Below, piece after piece: positions 20,275 through 30,581 of a stretch of DNA of 64,000 nucleotides; position 1 is the first letter of the stretch, and every line of letters starts with the position of its first letter. Where the stretch lies: the NCBI GenBank assembly GCA_963739305.1, contig CAVTZU010000028.1, positions 1 through 64,000 on the forward strand, written 5' to 3'. This DNA is from Candidatus Bathyarchaeota archaeon. GTDB lineage: Archaea; Thermoproteota; Bathyarchaeia; Bathyarchaeales; Bathycorpusculaceae. A model generated the notes under the pieces. It was not told where the DNA came from. It did no database searches and saw only the letters and a program-made list of their open reading frames with translations. Position numbers and translations under genes: made by a program.

Positions 20275-20967
20275 TTGAAGTTCATAATCTTCGGACCCCC
20301 GGGTTCAGGAAAGGGAACTTATGCCTCGAGATTGCAAAACAAGCTGGGTGTAGACGTAATCGCTATGGGAGACATCTTCAGGGAGATAATGAAAGAAGAC
20401 TCGGCGTTAGGAAGAAAAGTAAAGGGATTCGTGGAGAAGGGACAGCTAGTACCTGATGATGTAGTCATTGAGGTTCTGAAGCAGCGTCTCGCCAGATCGA
20501 CCACGAAGAAAGGCTTCATTTTGGATGGTTTTCCGCGAACCATCGACCAGGCCAAAGCTTTGAATGGGCTTGTTGAAGTTGATGGAATAATACAGCTTAC
20601 TGTTCCAGATTGGATAATAATTGAGAGACTTTCAAGTCGAAGAATATGCGAAAAGTGCGGCGAAGTCTACAACATTCGTTTCTTAAGACCTAAAACCGAA
20701 GGAATCTGCGACAAATGCGGCGGACGACTGTACCAGCGATCTGACGACACACCAAAAGTAATCAAAGACCGAATTGGCGTTTACGAACGCCAGACTGAAC
20801 CAATCCTGCAATACTACGAGAAAGAGAAGATACCATTCGTCGAGTTCAAATGCGAGACACTTGACTTGCCGCCCGAGGTGGCCGTCGAAAGTATAATGAA
20901 ACAGCTTAAACAGCTGCAGGCTAGTTTGATTAGCAAATCAACAATAAAGAAAATATTGGGAGATTAG
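20275..20967 (+). CDS. adk: adenylate kinase (Zn-LID type)
   Basis: GPPGSGKGT, LDGFPRT, CEKCG...CDKCG LID. Confidence 0.95.
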   Translation: MKFIIFGPPGSGKGTYASRLQNKLGVDVIAMGDIFREIMKEDSALGRKVKGFVEKGQLVPDDVVIEVLKQRLARSTTKKGFILDGFPRTIDQAKALNGLVEVDGIIQLTVPDWIIIERLSSRRICEKCGEVYNIRFLRPKTEGICDKCGGRLYQRSDDTPKVIKDRIGVYERQTEPILQYYEKEKIPFVEFKCETLDLPPEVAVESIMKQLKQLQASLISKSTIKKILGD

Positions 20968-20983
20968 TGCAGAAAGGATGCTG

Positions 20984-22428
20984 TCAGCAGTTGCCTATTT
21001 CTTTTTTGAACGCGGTTGAAAGGTCTTTTTCCCAATTATCCAAGCTTCTAAGTTTTCCAAGGAAGAATCTAAGTACGGGTGGTTCGGAAACAAATTTCAG
21101 ACCTTTCACAAGCTTCTTGTGTGCATATAGCCATTTTATTCTGTCGATTGCGTATTCCATATGTGACACGGTGAATACTCTTCTCGGCAATGCGATTCTT
21201 GTCAATTCAATGTCTGCGTATACTTCTTTTCCGTCTTTGTCTCTGTCCATTGAAATTGTGCCTCGCTCCATGCTCCGAATGCCTGAGGCAATGTACAATG
21301 CGGCGGCTAACGCTCCTGCAGGATACTGGGATTGCGGGACGTGTGGCAGGAACTTCATAGCGTCTAGGTGGCAAGCAAGTCCGCCAGGTGGAGTAACGAC
21401 TGGAATTCCGGCTTTAGATAGTTTGTTGACAAAGTACTTAATCTGTTCAACTGAGCAACCAGCGACGTCTGGGTCAACCATTTCGCGCATTCCAACGCCC
21501 ATCGCGCCGATCTCTCTCATTGACATTCCTCCGTAGGTGAAGAAACCCTTCGTAAACTGGTAGCCATGGTTGGATCTGTTCGAAAAGTTTAGGTTGTTAG
21601 TTGCTATGCATCCTCCTCTGACAGATGTGTTCTTTCTGCCGCTCATGTAGTAGATGTCTGCAAAGTGAGCACATCTCTTTGACTATTTCTGCAACCGTCT
21701 TGTTTTCATATCCCTTTTCACGTTGCCTAATCAAGTACGCGTTTTCTGAGATGAGGCTCCCGTCTATAACTAGGAGCAACTCGTTTTCAACGCATATCTG
21801 CTTTATCTCTTTAAGATTCTTCATGGAGAAAGGTTGGCCGCCGATCAGATTCGTTGTGGCCTCCATCCGAACGAACCCTATCTTCTCTTTGCCGTATTTC
21901 TTGAGCACATCTTTCAGTTTCTTAGGATCCATACATCCCTTGAAAGGGTTCGTACTTTCGGTCTCCAATGCATCGTCATAATAGATTTCGAGGACTTTCA
22001 TCCCTTGGAGCTCAATGTGCGCCTTGGTTGTTGTAAAGTGGTAGTTGGTTGGAATTACCCCGTTCTGGCTTGGCATAGACTTTTGCAAGAAGATGTTCGG
22101 CTGCCCGTCCCTGATGGACGTTCATTACATACTTGTATCCTAGAACGTCTTCTACTGCCTTTGCAAACTCGTAAAAAGTCATGCTTCCCGCGTAAGCGTC
22201 ATCAACCTTCATCAGAGCCGCGTATTGGTTGTCGCTCATAGCGTTTACACCGCTGTCTGTGAGACAATCCAGGAACACGTCTTTTGTCTTCATCAGGAAG
22301 GTGTTGTATCCCGCCTCCTCTATCGCTTTGACTCTTTCGTCGATCGGCACCAGTTGAATCTTCTGCACCATTCTTGCCTTGTGCATTTCGATAGGGATTT
22401 CTTCCCCTGTGGATAGTTTTATGGACAT
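20984..22428 (-). pseudogene. tryptophanase / tyrosine phenol-lyase family gene split by indels (pseudogene or assembly error)
   Basis: three consecutive ORFs carry LTDSG..DDAYAGS..HQGRAAE, TNYHFTTT..GGQPFS and MSGRK(PLP Lys)..TYGGM..RIALPRRV..LRFF. Confidence 0.88.
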
Positions 22429-22597
22429 ACCGTAGACCTCGAGAGTTTGCTGTTATCAGCCGTTGATTATTATAATGCTTTCGGTGCTGCGTCTTTAGCC
22501 AAACTTTGTGTCTCCTAGCGACCACAACCTATATGTGAAGCTTCAGATTGTCAAGAATTTCAAGCGACTTGGGGAAAAACTGTTGCCAGATTTGAAG

Positions 22598-24460
22598 ATG
22601 CTGTTGCAGGATTTGGCTGGAAAACGACTGCTTCTTTTGGGAAACGAGGCCATAGCTCGTGGTATTCTTGAAGCAGGAGTGGGCGTTGTTACGACGTACC
22701 CTGGAACGCCAGCGTCGGAAATCGGTGACTCTATCTCAGAAATTGCCACAGATGCTGGTTTGTACATGGAGTATTCAGTCAACGAGATGGTTGCTGTTCA
22801 GGTGGCCGCGGGCGCCGCAAACTGCAAAGTCAGAGCGCTCACCGCTATGAAGCACGTTGGACTGAATGTTGCTGCTGACCTTGTGATGACGTTGGCTTAT
22901 ACTGGAGTGAGAGGAGGCTATGTGATTGTTACCGCAGACGATCCTGAATGCTATAGCTCGCAGAATGAACAGGACAATCGATTCTATGCGTTGCTTTCAA
23001 ATCTGCCGTGTCTTGAGCCTTCTGATCCGCAAGAAGCTAAGGATATGACGGTTTATGCTGTTGAGATTTCTGAGCAGCTTGAACTGCCCGTGCTGTTGAG
23101 GACGACGACGCGTGTGAATCACATGAGGGCGCCGGTCACGTTTGGGAAATTGAAGAAACCTGATCTGCGTGGCGAGTTTGTCAGGGATCTGAAACGGTTG
23201 AATATGGTTCCCGCTTTTTCAAGGCCGAAACATGCGGTTCTGTTGAGGCAGAGTGGAAAGGCCAAGGAGATCAGCGAGGCATCACCTTTCAACATGATAG
23301 TGAGGAAAGGCGGACAAATAGGGATAATTTCTTCAGGCGCTGCTTTCAACTACGCGGTTGAAGCTGCAGGTGTGCTCGGCTTGGATTCGGGAATTTTGAA
23401 GCTTGGCATGACGCACCCACTGCCTGAAAGACTGATCATTAGTTTTCTCAAGAATTTCAGGAAAGTCATCGTTGTCGAAGAGCTTGAGCCTTTCTTGGAA
23501 ATGCAGATTAAAGCGATTGCAAAAGACTTTGCCCCTCACGTTGAAGTCTGCGGGAAGATGGGCAGGGAGTTCTTTTCCCGAGAGGGTGAACTTTCAACGC
23601 GGTCAGTGGCCATCGGCCTGGCAAAAGCGACCGGAAGAAAATTGCCTGCTTATTTTCAGGAGATTGATGCAAAGTTTGCTGAGGCAACCAGAGATTTGCC
23701 GTCTAGACCGCCGATACTATGTGCTGGGTGTCCGCATCGAGCGTCCTTCTACACGATAAGGAAAGTGTTCGGGGATAAGGCGCTTTATCCCACAGATATC
23801 GGTTGCTATGCGCTCGGGATTTCGTCTCCTCTGAGTGTTGGAGACATAATGATTTGCATGGGTGCGAGTGTTGGTGTTGCTCAGGGAGTGAGCAGGGTAA
23901 CGGGTAGGGATACGATCGCGATTATTGGGGACTCAACGTTTTTCCACGCTGCGATGCCGGGGTTGGTGAATGCAGTCTATAATAACAGCAAGATCGTGGT
24001 GATTGTGTTGGATAATCAGGCTACCGCTATGACTGGACATCAGCCTCATCCTGGCACCGGGACGACAGGAATGGGTGTGACGTCGGAGAAGATTCTTGTT
24101 GAAAGGGTTGCTGAGGGTTGTGGGGTTAAGTATGTTAGGGTGGTGAATCCGTTTGAGACCAAGGCGGCTGCCAGAGTGTTGAGGGAAGCGGTTAAGCTGT
24201 CGGGGCCTTCGGTTGTTGTTTTTCGTTCGCCTTGTACGTTGATGGATCTTAGAGAAAGGCGTCGGAAGGGAGCAAAGGTTGTGCCTGCGAAGATTTCTGA
24301 GAAGTGCAATGGCTGCTTGGCTTGTGTCAAGCTGCTTGCTTGTCCAGCTATCGTGGTGGAAGCAGAAAAGCCGGTGATCGACGAGAACTCTTGCAGTGGA
24401 TGTGGGTTGTGTATCTCCGTTTGTCCGAACAAGGCGATAGAGGGGAGTTGTGCGGAATGA
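22598..24460 (+). CDS. iorA: indolepyruvate:ferredoxin oxidoreductase alpha subunit
   Basis: LLGNEAIARG, YPGTP, MKHVGLNVA, CAGCPH, IGDSTFFH, C-terminal ferredoxin; start uncertain. Confidence 0.93.
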   Translation: MLLQDLAGKRLLLLGNEAIARGILEAGVGVVTTYPGTPASEIGDSISEIATDAGLYMEYSVNEMVAVQVAAGAANCKVRALTAMKHVGLNVAADLVMTLAYTGVRGGYVIVTADDPECYSSQNEQDNRFYALLSNLPCLEPSDPQEAKDMTVYAVEISEQLELPVLLRTTTRVNHMRAPVTFGKLKKPDLRGEFVRDLKRLNMVPAFSRPKHAVLLRQSGKAKEISEASPFNMIVRKGGQIGIISSGAAFNYAVEAAGVLGLDSGILKLGMTHPLPERLIISFLKNFRKVIVVEELEPFLEMQIKAIAKDFAPHVEVCGKMGREFFSREGELSTRSVAIGLAKATGRKLPAYFQEIDAKFAEATRDLPSRPPILCAGCPHRASFYTIRKVFGDKALYPTDIGCYALGISSPLSVGDIMICMGASVGVAQGVSRVTGRDTIAIIGDSTFFHAAMPGLVNAVYNNSKIVVIVLDNQATAMTGHQPHPGTGTTGMGVTSEKILVERVAEGCGVKYVRVVNPFETKAAARVLREAVKLSGPSVVVFRSPCTLMDLRERRRKGAKVVPAKISEKCNGCLACVKLLACPAIVVEAEKPVIDENSCSGCGLCISVCPNKAIEGSCAE

Positions 24461-25065
24461 ATGAGTTCAACATAGTTCTTGCGGGCGTCGGGGGGCAGGG
24501 TACGCTTCTGGCTGCTGAAGCCTTAGGAGTGGCTGCCGTCAAGGAGAACTTGAATGTCAGGGTCAGTGAAATTCACGGTATGGCTCAGCGGGGCGGTGCG
24601 GTTGTGACGATGGTGAGGATAGGAGAGGATGTTGTGGCGCCCACCGTGTTGGAGGGGCGGGCGGATTTGTTGGTCGGGTTTGAGCCGCTCGAGACGTTGC
24701 GCAACCTGCGGTATGCTTCAGAGAAAACTCTTGTGATAATGAGTACGGAGAAAATTCCGCCGGTGGAGTTGGCGGCTAAGAACTTGAAGTATCCGGTCGT
24801 TGACGAGATTGTTAGGAGAGTGCGTTTTTTCACTGAGAACATTGTGGTTGTTGATGTGGTGCGGCTTGCGTGTGAGGCGGGGAGTGTTCTTGCGCGGAAT
24901 GTTGTGTTGTTGGGTGCTGCTGCTGGTACGGGGAAGTTGCCGTTGAAGAAAGAGAGTCTTGTTGAGGCTGTTAGTGAGCTTGTTCCGGTGAAAACTTTGA
25001 AGGTTAATCTGGCGGCTTTTGAGCTTGGTTTTGAGTGCGTCGAGGATAAGCTGGCGAAAGCTTAG
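24457..25065 (+). CDS. iorB: indolepyruvate:ferredoxin oxidoreductase beta subunit
   Basis: GVGGQG, EIHGMAQRGGAV, NVVLLGA; ATG at 24457 overlaps the iorA stop. Confidence 0.92.
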   Translation: MNEFNIVLAGVGGQGTLLAAEALGVAAVKENLNVRVSEIHGMAQRGGAVVTMVRIGEDVVAPTVLEGRADLLVGFEPLETLRNLRYASEKTLVIMSTEKIPPVELAAKNLKYPVVDEIVRRVRFFTENIVVVDVVRLACEAGSVLARNVVLLGAAAGTGKLPLKKESLVEAVSELVPVKTLKVNLAAFELGFECVEDKLAKA

Positions 25066-25427
25066 GTTTGCTGGGAGGTTTGAGGTGTGGTTTGGGTCTT
25101 TTCGTGTTCGAGTATTGCTTTGAGTATGTTTTGGAAGAGTTTCATGTCTGAGACGTCGACGACTGGGATTTGGAAGCTCTTGTCGATTTCGTAGAGTTTT
25201 TCGTATTTTGGGTGTTTGACGTAGCAGATTTGGCTTATTGGAAATTCTTTGTTTTTTATTTCTTGTTCGAAGGATTTTTCGTACACTTCGAGGCAGAGTA
25301 AGTAGCCGTTTATCCAGTACAGTCTGCTTGCGCCGTAGGTAGCGGCGCACCAGGCTATGTTGTCTTTGGATCGGTTGTCGGCGCCTAGGATGATGACTTT
25401 TTTCGTGGGCGAGATTTCTACGTTCAT
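25062..25427 (-). CDS. hypothetical protein
   Basis: 121-aa ORF 6 bp downstream of XPF on the same strand. Confidence 0.7.
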   Translation of the reverse strand: MNVEISPTKKVIILGADNRSKDNIAWCAATYGASRLYWINGYLLCLEVYEKSFEQEIKNKEFPISQICYVKHPKYEKLYEIDKSFQIPVVDVSDMKLFQNILKAILEHEKTQTTPQTSQQT

Positions 25428-25433
25428 TTTGGT

Positions 25434-26144
25434 TCACTCCGTGAATGGGGTGTTGAGGACTTCTTTAGCTTTGCTGCTGATTTTTGGTCCGAGTCCGTGG
25501 ACTGTTTCTGGCCAGTTGTCGACGTTTATCATGGCGTTCAGTGGAGTTTGGTAGCATTTGAGGATTGATAGGGCTTTTTCTCGGCCGACGTTTGGTAGGC
25601 TTGCGATGAGATAGAGTTGGGCGTCGGTTGTGGTGTCGACTTTTTTGAAGGGGTGGACTGTGGGGGTTCTTTTTTCTGTGATTTGTTCTTGGCGGGCGGC
25701 TGTGTAGAGGAAGTCGATGGTTTCTTTGTATGATGTTGTGGTTATGATGGGCATGCCGTTGCGGGCGAGGTTGAACATTGCGCCCCAGACTGAGGCGGGT
25801 TGGATGCGGCTGTACTTGTAGATTATTGGTAGGTAGCCTTCTAGGAGTAGGAGGGATCGTGGGTAGACTTCTTTGAGTTTGAAGATTTGTTCGAAGAGGA
25901 AGCGGCGGGTGAGGGTGTAGACGAAGTCTTGGACGGTTTTTCTTTCGACGGCGCAGACGTCGGAGAGGACGTAGTCGCCTTTTTCGAGGGTTGCTGTTTT
26001 GATGCAGGCGCCGCGTTCTTGGAGGCCTTTGACGATTTTGTGTGCGGTGCTTGCTTCGCGGCTGTCGACGATTATGGTGGGTTGTTGGGGGTCGGTGGGT
26101 TTTTTTTCTTTCAGGAACGGGAGGAGGCTTTCGGCGTTGGACAT
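25434..26144 (-). CDS. xpf: XPF/ERCC4 structure-specific endonuclease (short form)
   Basis: IIVDSRE, GDY...VERKT, C-terminal HhH (LPNVG, VHGLGP). Confidence 0.9.
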   Translation of the reverse strand: MSNAESLLPFLKEKKPTDPQQPTIIVDSREASTAHKIVKGLQERGACIKTATLEKGDYVLSDVCAVERKTVQDFVYTLTRRFLFEQIFKLKEVYPRSLLLLEGYLPIIYKYSRIQPASVWGAMFNLARNGMPIITTTSYKETIDFLYTAARQEQITEKRTPTVHPFKKVDTTTDAQLYLIASLPNVGREKALSILKCYQTPLNAMINVDNWPETVHGLGPKISSKAKEVLNTPFTE

Positions 26145-26215
26145 GTGTTCAGCTCACAGTGGTATTGCTCAATCGATGGCGTCTTATTTGCTTTTGCAGA
26201 AGGACACGTTCGGTG

Positions 26216-26298
26216 ATGGGCGGGTGAGGGACTGGTCAACATGGTTTTTGAGTGTTTTAAGCTCTAAAACACCCTACCCCCCGGCCTTTTTTTCGTGG
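26216..26298 (-). repeat. ~84-bp intergenic element, copy B (inverted)
   Basis: reverse-complement match to 16878-16961; internal perfect IR GTGTTTTA-AGCTC-TAAAACAC. Confidence 0.9.
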
Positions 26299-26451
26299 GC
26301 GGTGCTGTGGCTGGGGCTGTTCTAGGGGGTTTTGATGGTTTTGTCGGTGGTTTCCTGTTGCTTTTGCATGTTGAATCTCTCAATTTGACCTCGTGTAGCG
26401 AATAAATATTAGCGACGTCGTGTAGAGGTTGGTTCAAACTGGGGAATCGGA

Positions 26452-26814
26452 TTGGAGAAGATCATATCGTGCTGTGGAATCGTGTGTTCTGATTGTCCTA
26501 CTTACTTAGCGACTAGGGCGAACGATGACGCGGAAAGGAAGAGAGTTGCGGAGCTGTGGACGAAGGAGTACGGTCGTCCATTCAAGCCTGAAGATATAAA
26601 CTGTGACAGCTGTCAATCAAGGGGGACACGAGTGTTCGGCTACACTGGAATATGTGAGATCAGGAAGTGTGCACAGGGGAGAGCCCTGAAGAACTGCGCC
26701 TATTGTGATGATTACAAGTGCGAGAAGCTGTCGAAACTTCACGAGCAGGCGCCTAAACTGAAAGAAACGCTTGATCAGGTCAGAAAGAGCCTGGGCAAAG
26801 ACACGAAGCATTAG
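26452..26814 (+). CDS. DUF3795 Cys-rich protein
   Basis: CGIVCSDCP, CDSC, CEIRKCA, NCAYCDDYKC. Confidence 0.85.
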   Translation: MEKIISCCGIVCSDCPTYLATRANDDAERKRVAELWTKEYGRPFKPEDINCDSCQSRGTRVFGYTGICEIRKCAQGRALKNCAYCDDYKCEKLSKLHEQAPKLKETLDQVRKSLGKDTKH

Positions 26815-26898
26815 CTCGCAAACAAAGCTGGACGCGAGTTTCCGGAAAGATAAACACAAATGAAGTGGAGAATAAGTGGAAGCAGATTTTTTCCGCGT

Positions 26899-27990
26899 CT
26901 AGAAAGCCGTGAAGCCACTGACTGTCTGCTTGTCAAACCTCTTGATCAATTCTAGCGTCAACTTTATCGCGTTCTCAACGTCGTCGAAGCTCAAGATGCC
27001 GACGTGTGAATGAATATGCCTCGTCGGCGCGCTTATCACGATGCTGGGACAACCGGCGCGACTCATGTGAATCCTGCTTGCGTCGGTTCCGCCCATCGCC
27101 ACCAACGAGAGTTGATAGGGAATTTTGGCTTTCTTCGCCGTATCGATGACGAACTGTTTGAGTGCTTGATTAGGAATCATGGAGCTGTCGAAGGTCAAGA
27201 TTGATGGCCCTTTGCCCATTTTGGTAGGTGCCTCTTGTGGCTGCACTCCAGGGACGTCGCCTGCAATGTCCACTTCCAAAACGATGGCTACGTCCGGATC
27301 TACCATGTGAGCTACTGTTGCTGCTCCTCTCGCACCGACCTCTTCCTGAACCGTGGCTGCTCCGTACACGGTGTTAGGATGCTTGATCTTCTGCTCTGCG
27401 AGTCGGCGCACGACTTCCATCGCGATGAACGCGCCTATCCTGTCATCAAAGGCTTTCCCCATCCCAAGCTTTCCGCCGCGAATCGTCGAGAAGGCGGAGA
27501 ATGGCACGACGGGGTCACCTATTTTCACGCCCATACTCTCGGCGTCTTTCTTGCTTGTCGCACCGATGTCAATGAACATGAATCTCTTTTCAACCACCTT
27601 CTTCGCTTCATCAGGAGGCAACAGGTGCGGCGGTTTTGCGGCGATGACGCCTGGAATATCTCCTTTCTCTGTTCTGACGACAACGCGTTGAGAGAGAAGT
27701 ACTTGGTCCCACCATCCGCCTAAAGGACTGAATGTGAGGAAACCCGTCCGATCTTCGATGCCGGAAATCACGAAGCCGACCTCGTCGATGTGTCCTGCGA
27801 GCAGAACGCGAGGTTGCTCGGAAGAGCCTTTCTGCGTAAAAATGACTGAACCCAATTTGTCGGTCATCACTTCGTCTGCATAACTCTTGACTGACTTCTT
27901 GACGATCGCTGCCGTTTCAAGTTCAAAACCAGCAGGTCCGAATGATTCAAGCATCTCCTTGAGAATGCTCAGAGATTTCTTGTCAACCAT
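26899..27990 (-). CDS. M42 family aminopeptidase (TET-like)
   Basis: GHIDEVG, KAFDDRIG, QEEVG, GGTDA, RHIHS. Confidence 0.95.
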   Translation of the reverse strand: MVDKKSLSILKEMLESFGPAGFELETAAIVKKSVKSYADEVMTDKLGSVIFTQKGSSEQPRVLLAGHIDEVGFVISGIEDRTGFLTFSPLGGWWDQVLLSQRVVVRTEKGDIPGVIAAKPPHLLPPDEAKKVVEKRFMFIDIGATSKKDAESMGVKIGDPVVPFSAFSTIRGGKLGMGKAFDDRIGAFIAMEVVRRLAEQKIKHPNTVYGAATVQEEVGARGAATVAHMVDPDVAIVLEVDIAGDVPGVQPQEAPTKMGKGPSILTFDSSMIPNQALKQFVIDTAKKAKIPYQLSLVAMGGTDASRIHMSRAGCPSIVISAPTRHIHSHVGILSFDDVENAIKLTLELIKRFDKQTVSGFTAF

Positions 27991-28143
27991 TGTTTCACCA
28001 ACGACCCATCATTCGATTTGCCCTTTCGGTATTTATGTCCTTTGCAAATCATCGATCGCGTGTCGAACGGATAAGGGTCATTGCCTTGAGGGTCGGACAA
28101 GTATTATACGCAACCTCTACTAACTTCAGGCAGTCTCAGTGAG

Positions 28144-28710
28144 ATGTTGCGATTGCATCACAAGACCTTCTATGGCGATGAGACGGAAAGGAGAAAGTGG
28201 CAGAACCCTGATTCCATACTTGCGGACATTGGATTACGTCCAGGCTTGACTTTCGTCGATGTTGGCTGTGGAGACGGCTTCTTTGCTCTTCCTGCTGCCA
28301 GAATTGTAGGCAAAGAAGGAAAAGTCTACGCATTGGATTTGGATGCAGTAGCCATCTCTTCACTGAAAGAAAAAGCCTCGAGGAGCAATCTGACGAATGT
28401 CGAAACTCGGGTCGGTGCCGCTGAGGATACTATCTTCTGTGAGTCATGTGCTGATGTCTTGTTTTTCGGAATCGTTCTGCATGACTTTGATGATCCAGCG
28501 AAAGTGCTCAAAAACGCTGCTAGAATGATTAAACCGAGCGGCCGACTCGTCGATCTAGACTGGAAGAAGCAGCCCATGAGTTTCGGGCCGCCGGAGAATA
28601 TCAGGTTTAGTGAAGAGGAAGCGGCAAAGTTGATTTTCAAAGCAGGCTTCAAGGTTGAACAGAAGAGAGAAGCCGGTCCGTTCCATTATGTAATAACTGC
28701 GAAGCCTTGA
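28144..28710 (+). CDS. class I SAM-dependent methyltransferase
   Basis: VDVGCGDG, KPSGRLVDLDW. Confidence 0.9.
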   Translation: MLRLHHKTFYGDETERRKWQNPDSILADIGLRPGLTFVDVGCGDGFFALPAARIVGKEGKVYALDLDAVAISSLKEKASRSNLTNVETRVGAAEDTIFCESCADVLFFGIVLHDFDDPAKVLKNAARMIKPSGRLVDLDWKKQPMSFGPPENIRFSEEEAAKLIFKAGFKVEQKREAGPFHYVITAKP

Positions 28711-28831
28711 CTGGTTATGACAGGGAGATAGGAACGCTCGCGCTAAGAAAAATCGATTTAACGTTCTCTAGGGCGCGCTACGATGAAAGACTTATAGAAG
28801 TTCCCTGGAACGAAAGGTTCACAAAAGCACT

Positions 28832-28981
28832 TCATGTCATATTAAGGTACATAGGAACAATCCCACCAGGAGGGCGCATCCACAGTCCCCTTGTATCAAT
28901 TAATATTATGAAAACAGCAACGGCAAGAAAGACTACAAAGGCGGATAAGGCAATTAAGAGTATTACGTCATTTCTTCTCAC
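28832..28981 (-). CDS. small single-TM protein (49 aa)
   Basis: GTG start, MRRNDVILLIALSAFVVFLAVAVFIILIDT... Confidence 0.4.
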   Translation of the reverse strand: MRRNDVILLIALSAFVVFLAVAVFIILIDTRGLWMRPPGGIVPMYLNMT

Positions 28982-29086
28982 GCTGGATTGATGTTCCCCT
29001 TCAAGTGTCGGATTTTCTCCGTCTGTCACGCCTGCTGCTCCCCGATTACACAATGAGTTCCACTCACTCTTTTCTTTTTCCATTCC

Positions 29087-29115
29087 TTGGGTTTGGGGGT
29101 AAAATTCTGTCCCAA
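29087..29115 (-). repeat. degenerate inverted copy of the GGATAAAACTTTACCCC element
   Basis: reverse complement TTGGGACAGAATTTTACCCCCAAACCCAA versus TTGGATAAAACTTTACCCCCAAACCCAA at 32887. Confidence 0.7.
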
Positions 29116-29164
29116 TTGTTCTGAAACATAGTCTTTTATCCATCTTCCAACCCCAGTCCAGTTT

Positions 29165-29719
29165 GTGTTGCTGGCATTTATAATTGGATTTGTTTTCACC
29201 TTCGTTTTTCTGAGATGGAAAAAGGCGTTTGGAAGACGAGCCTGGACAATGGCTATTGTTCTTTTCGTCGTGTTTTCTTTTTCTCTTGCTTACCTTTCTG
29301 TTTCGAGCGTTTGGACACCTCATGCATTGAGCGATGACGTTTTTTACCAGGAAGAACATGCACATGGCGAATTTGCGGGGTCGTTTCCATGGTCTGAACT
29401 TTCTTATCCACTTACTTTAGGAGTAGTTCATACTCCTTTCAAGCAATTGATATTCCAATACCCCAACGCTTATGGCGAAGTTCGTCTCGACGTATTTTTT
29501 GCAGACTCAAGTGTCGTCCGAATCAATGGCACATTTTGGTATTTCTACCCAGTTATGGGGCCCATGCCATTACAATACAAGATTGACTCCTTGTTCTCAG
29601 ACCCGTCACAGTTCTTTGGTTTTCTGATAGGTCTTTATGCTCTTGTCAACCTTATCGGAGCACTTCTGGGAATCATAATCTCAAAAACACTGTACAAAAG
29701 AGTCCACCTTCATCATTGA
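29165..29719 (+). CDS. hypothetical membrane protein, possibly 5'-truncated
   Basis: three hydrophobic segments, no recognised family. Confidence 0.55.
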   Translation: MLLAFIIGFVFTFVFLRWKKAFGRRAWTMAIVLFVVFSFSLAYLSVSSVWTPHALSDDVFYQEEHAHGEFAGSFPWSELSYPLTLGVVHTPFKQLIFQYPNAYGEVRLDVFFADSSVVRINGTFWYFYPVMGPMPLQYKIDSLFSDPSQFFGFLIGLYALVNLIGALLGIIISKTLYKRVHLHH

Positions 29720-29924
29720 ACTCTTTGTGTCCAAAACGTTTGAAAATCCAACAACAGGCCAATTCTTCTGGTTCGGCTATGACTTTCCAGCAATATGGAT
29801 GTATACTCGTTTCGTGTACTACCCCTTATATCCCCCCTCTTACTTCTTGTCTGCCTCTTTTCTTGCTGCTAAATACTGTTCCGTGAATACAGTATACATC
29901 ATGCCCTGCGGACACGATAACTTT

Positions 29925-29941
29925 GGATAAAACTTTACCCC
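29925..29941 (+). repeat. GGATAAAACTTTACCCC copy 1
   Basis: exact 17-mer also at 32889 and 35207. Confidence 0.92.
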
Positions 29942-30581
29942 AACCAACAACAAAGGTATAGGGTTATTCAAAGCCAGATATGGGAACCAAGAATACGCTT
30001 CCGAAAAGCCGTGTAGAAAATTGTATACTCGATTCACCATACATCTGTTGGTTAGGTTGCTGGATTAGGAAAGTCAGTTAGTACTACGAGGGGCAAAAAA
30101 GATGCGGAAATTTGCCCCTCGCAATGCGTGAATTAATATCCACCATCGAGAACAGCCGAAATTTGACGACATAAGTCGCGTTTTTCTGGTTTCAATTGCA
30201 GCCTTGCGTTTATTTCGACAAGAAACTCTTTCCAAAAACTCACGTGTTTACTTCGTGGATGAAAATGACAAAGGTCAGTTATGGTCCAGGGTTCAAGGTC
30301 AATAATGGCTTCCGCGGGTGTATTCCCCCTTCTACTACAAAAGACTGCAAGTCAAGCATTCTCTTACACGAGAAATGCCCAACAAAGGAAAGGTACAACG
30401 CAAAACACTTGAAGGAAAGTGTTTCCAGAGGTTCAAGCGGGCATTTTGACATCCGCATTTGGAACCCTGAAAGGAAAACCTTGCCAATTCTCATCGTTTT
30501 GTTCTTCGATGGACCGGTCGGCATCTTCAAATGGCTGGGTTCTTGTAGAAGGCTTTGTGAAACACTATCTTGTGGGCGCAT

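Noticed and set aside
20984-22428. Programmed frameshifting in the tryptophanase-family gene
   Set aside because: Four separate indels with no slippery heptamers; error or decay is simpler.
24718-25437. 239-aa - strand ORF, plus + strand ORFs at 25887-26325
   Set aside because: Artefacts of the G/T skew overlapping real genes.
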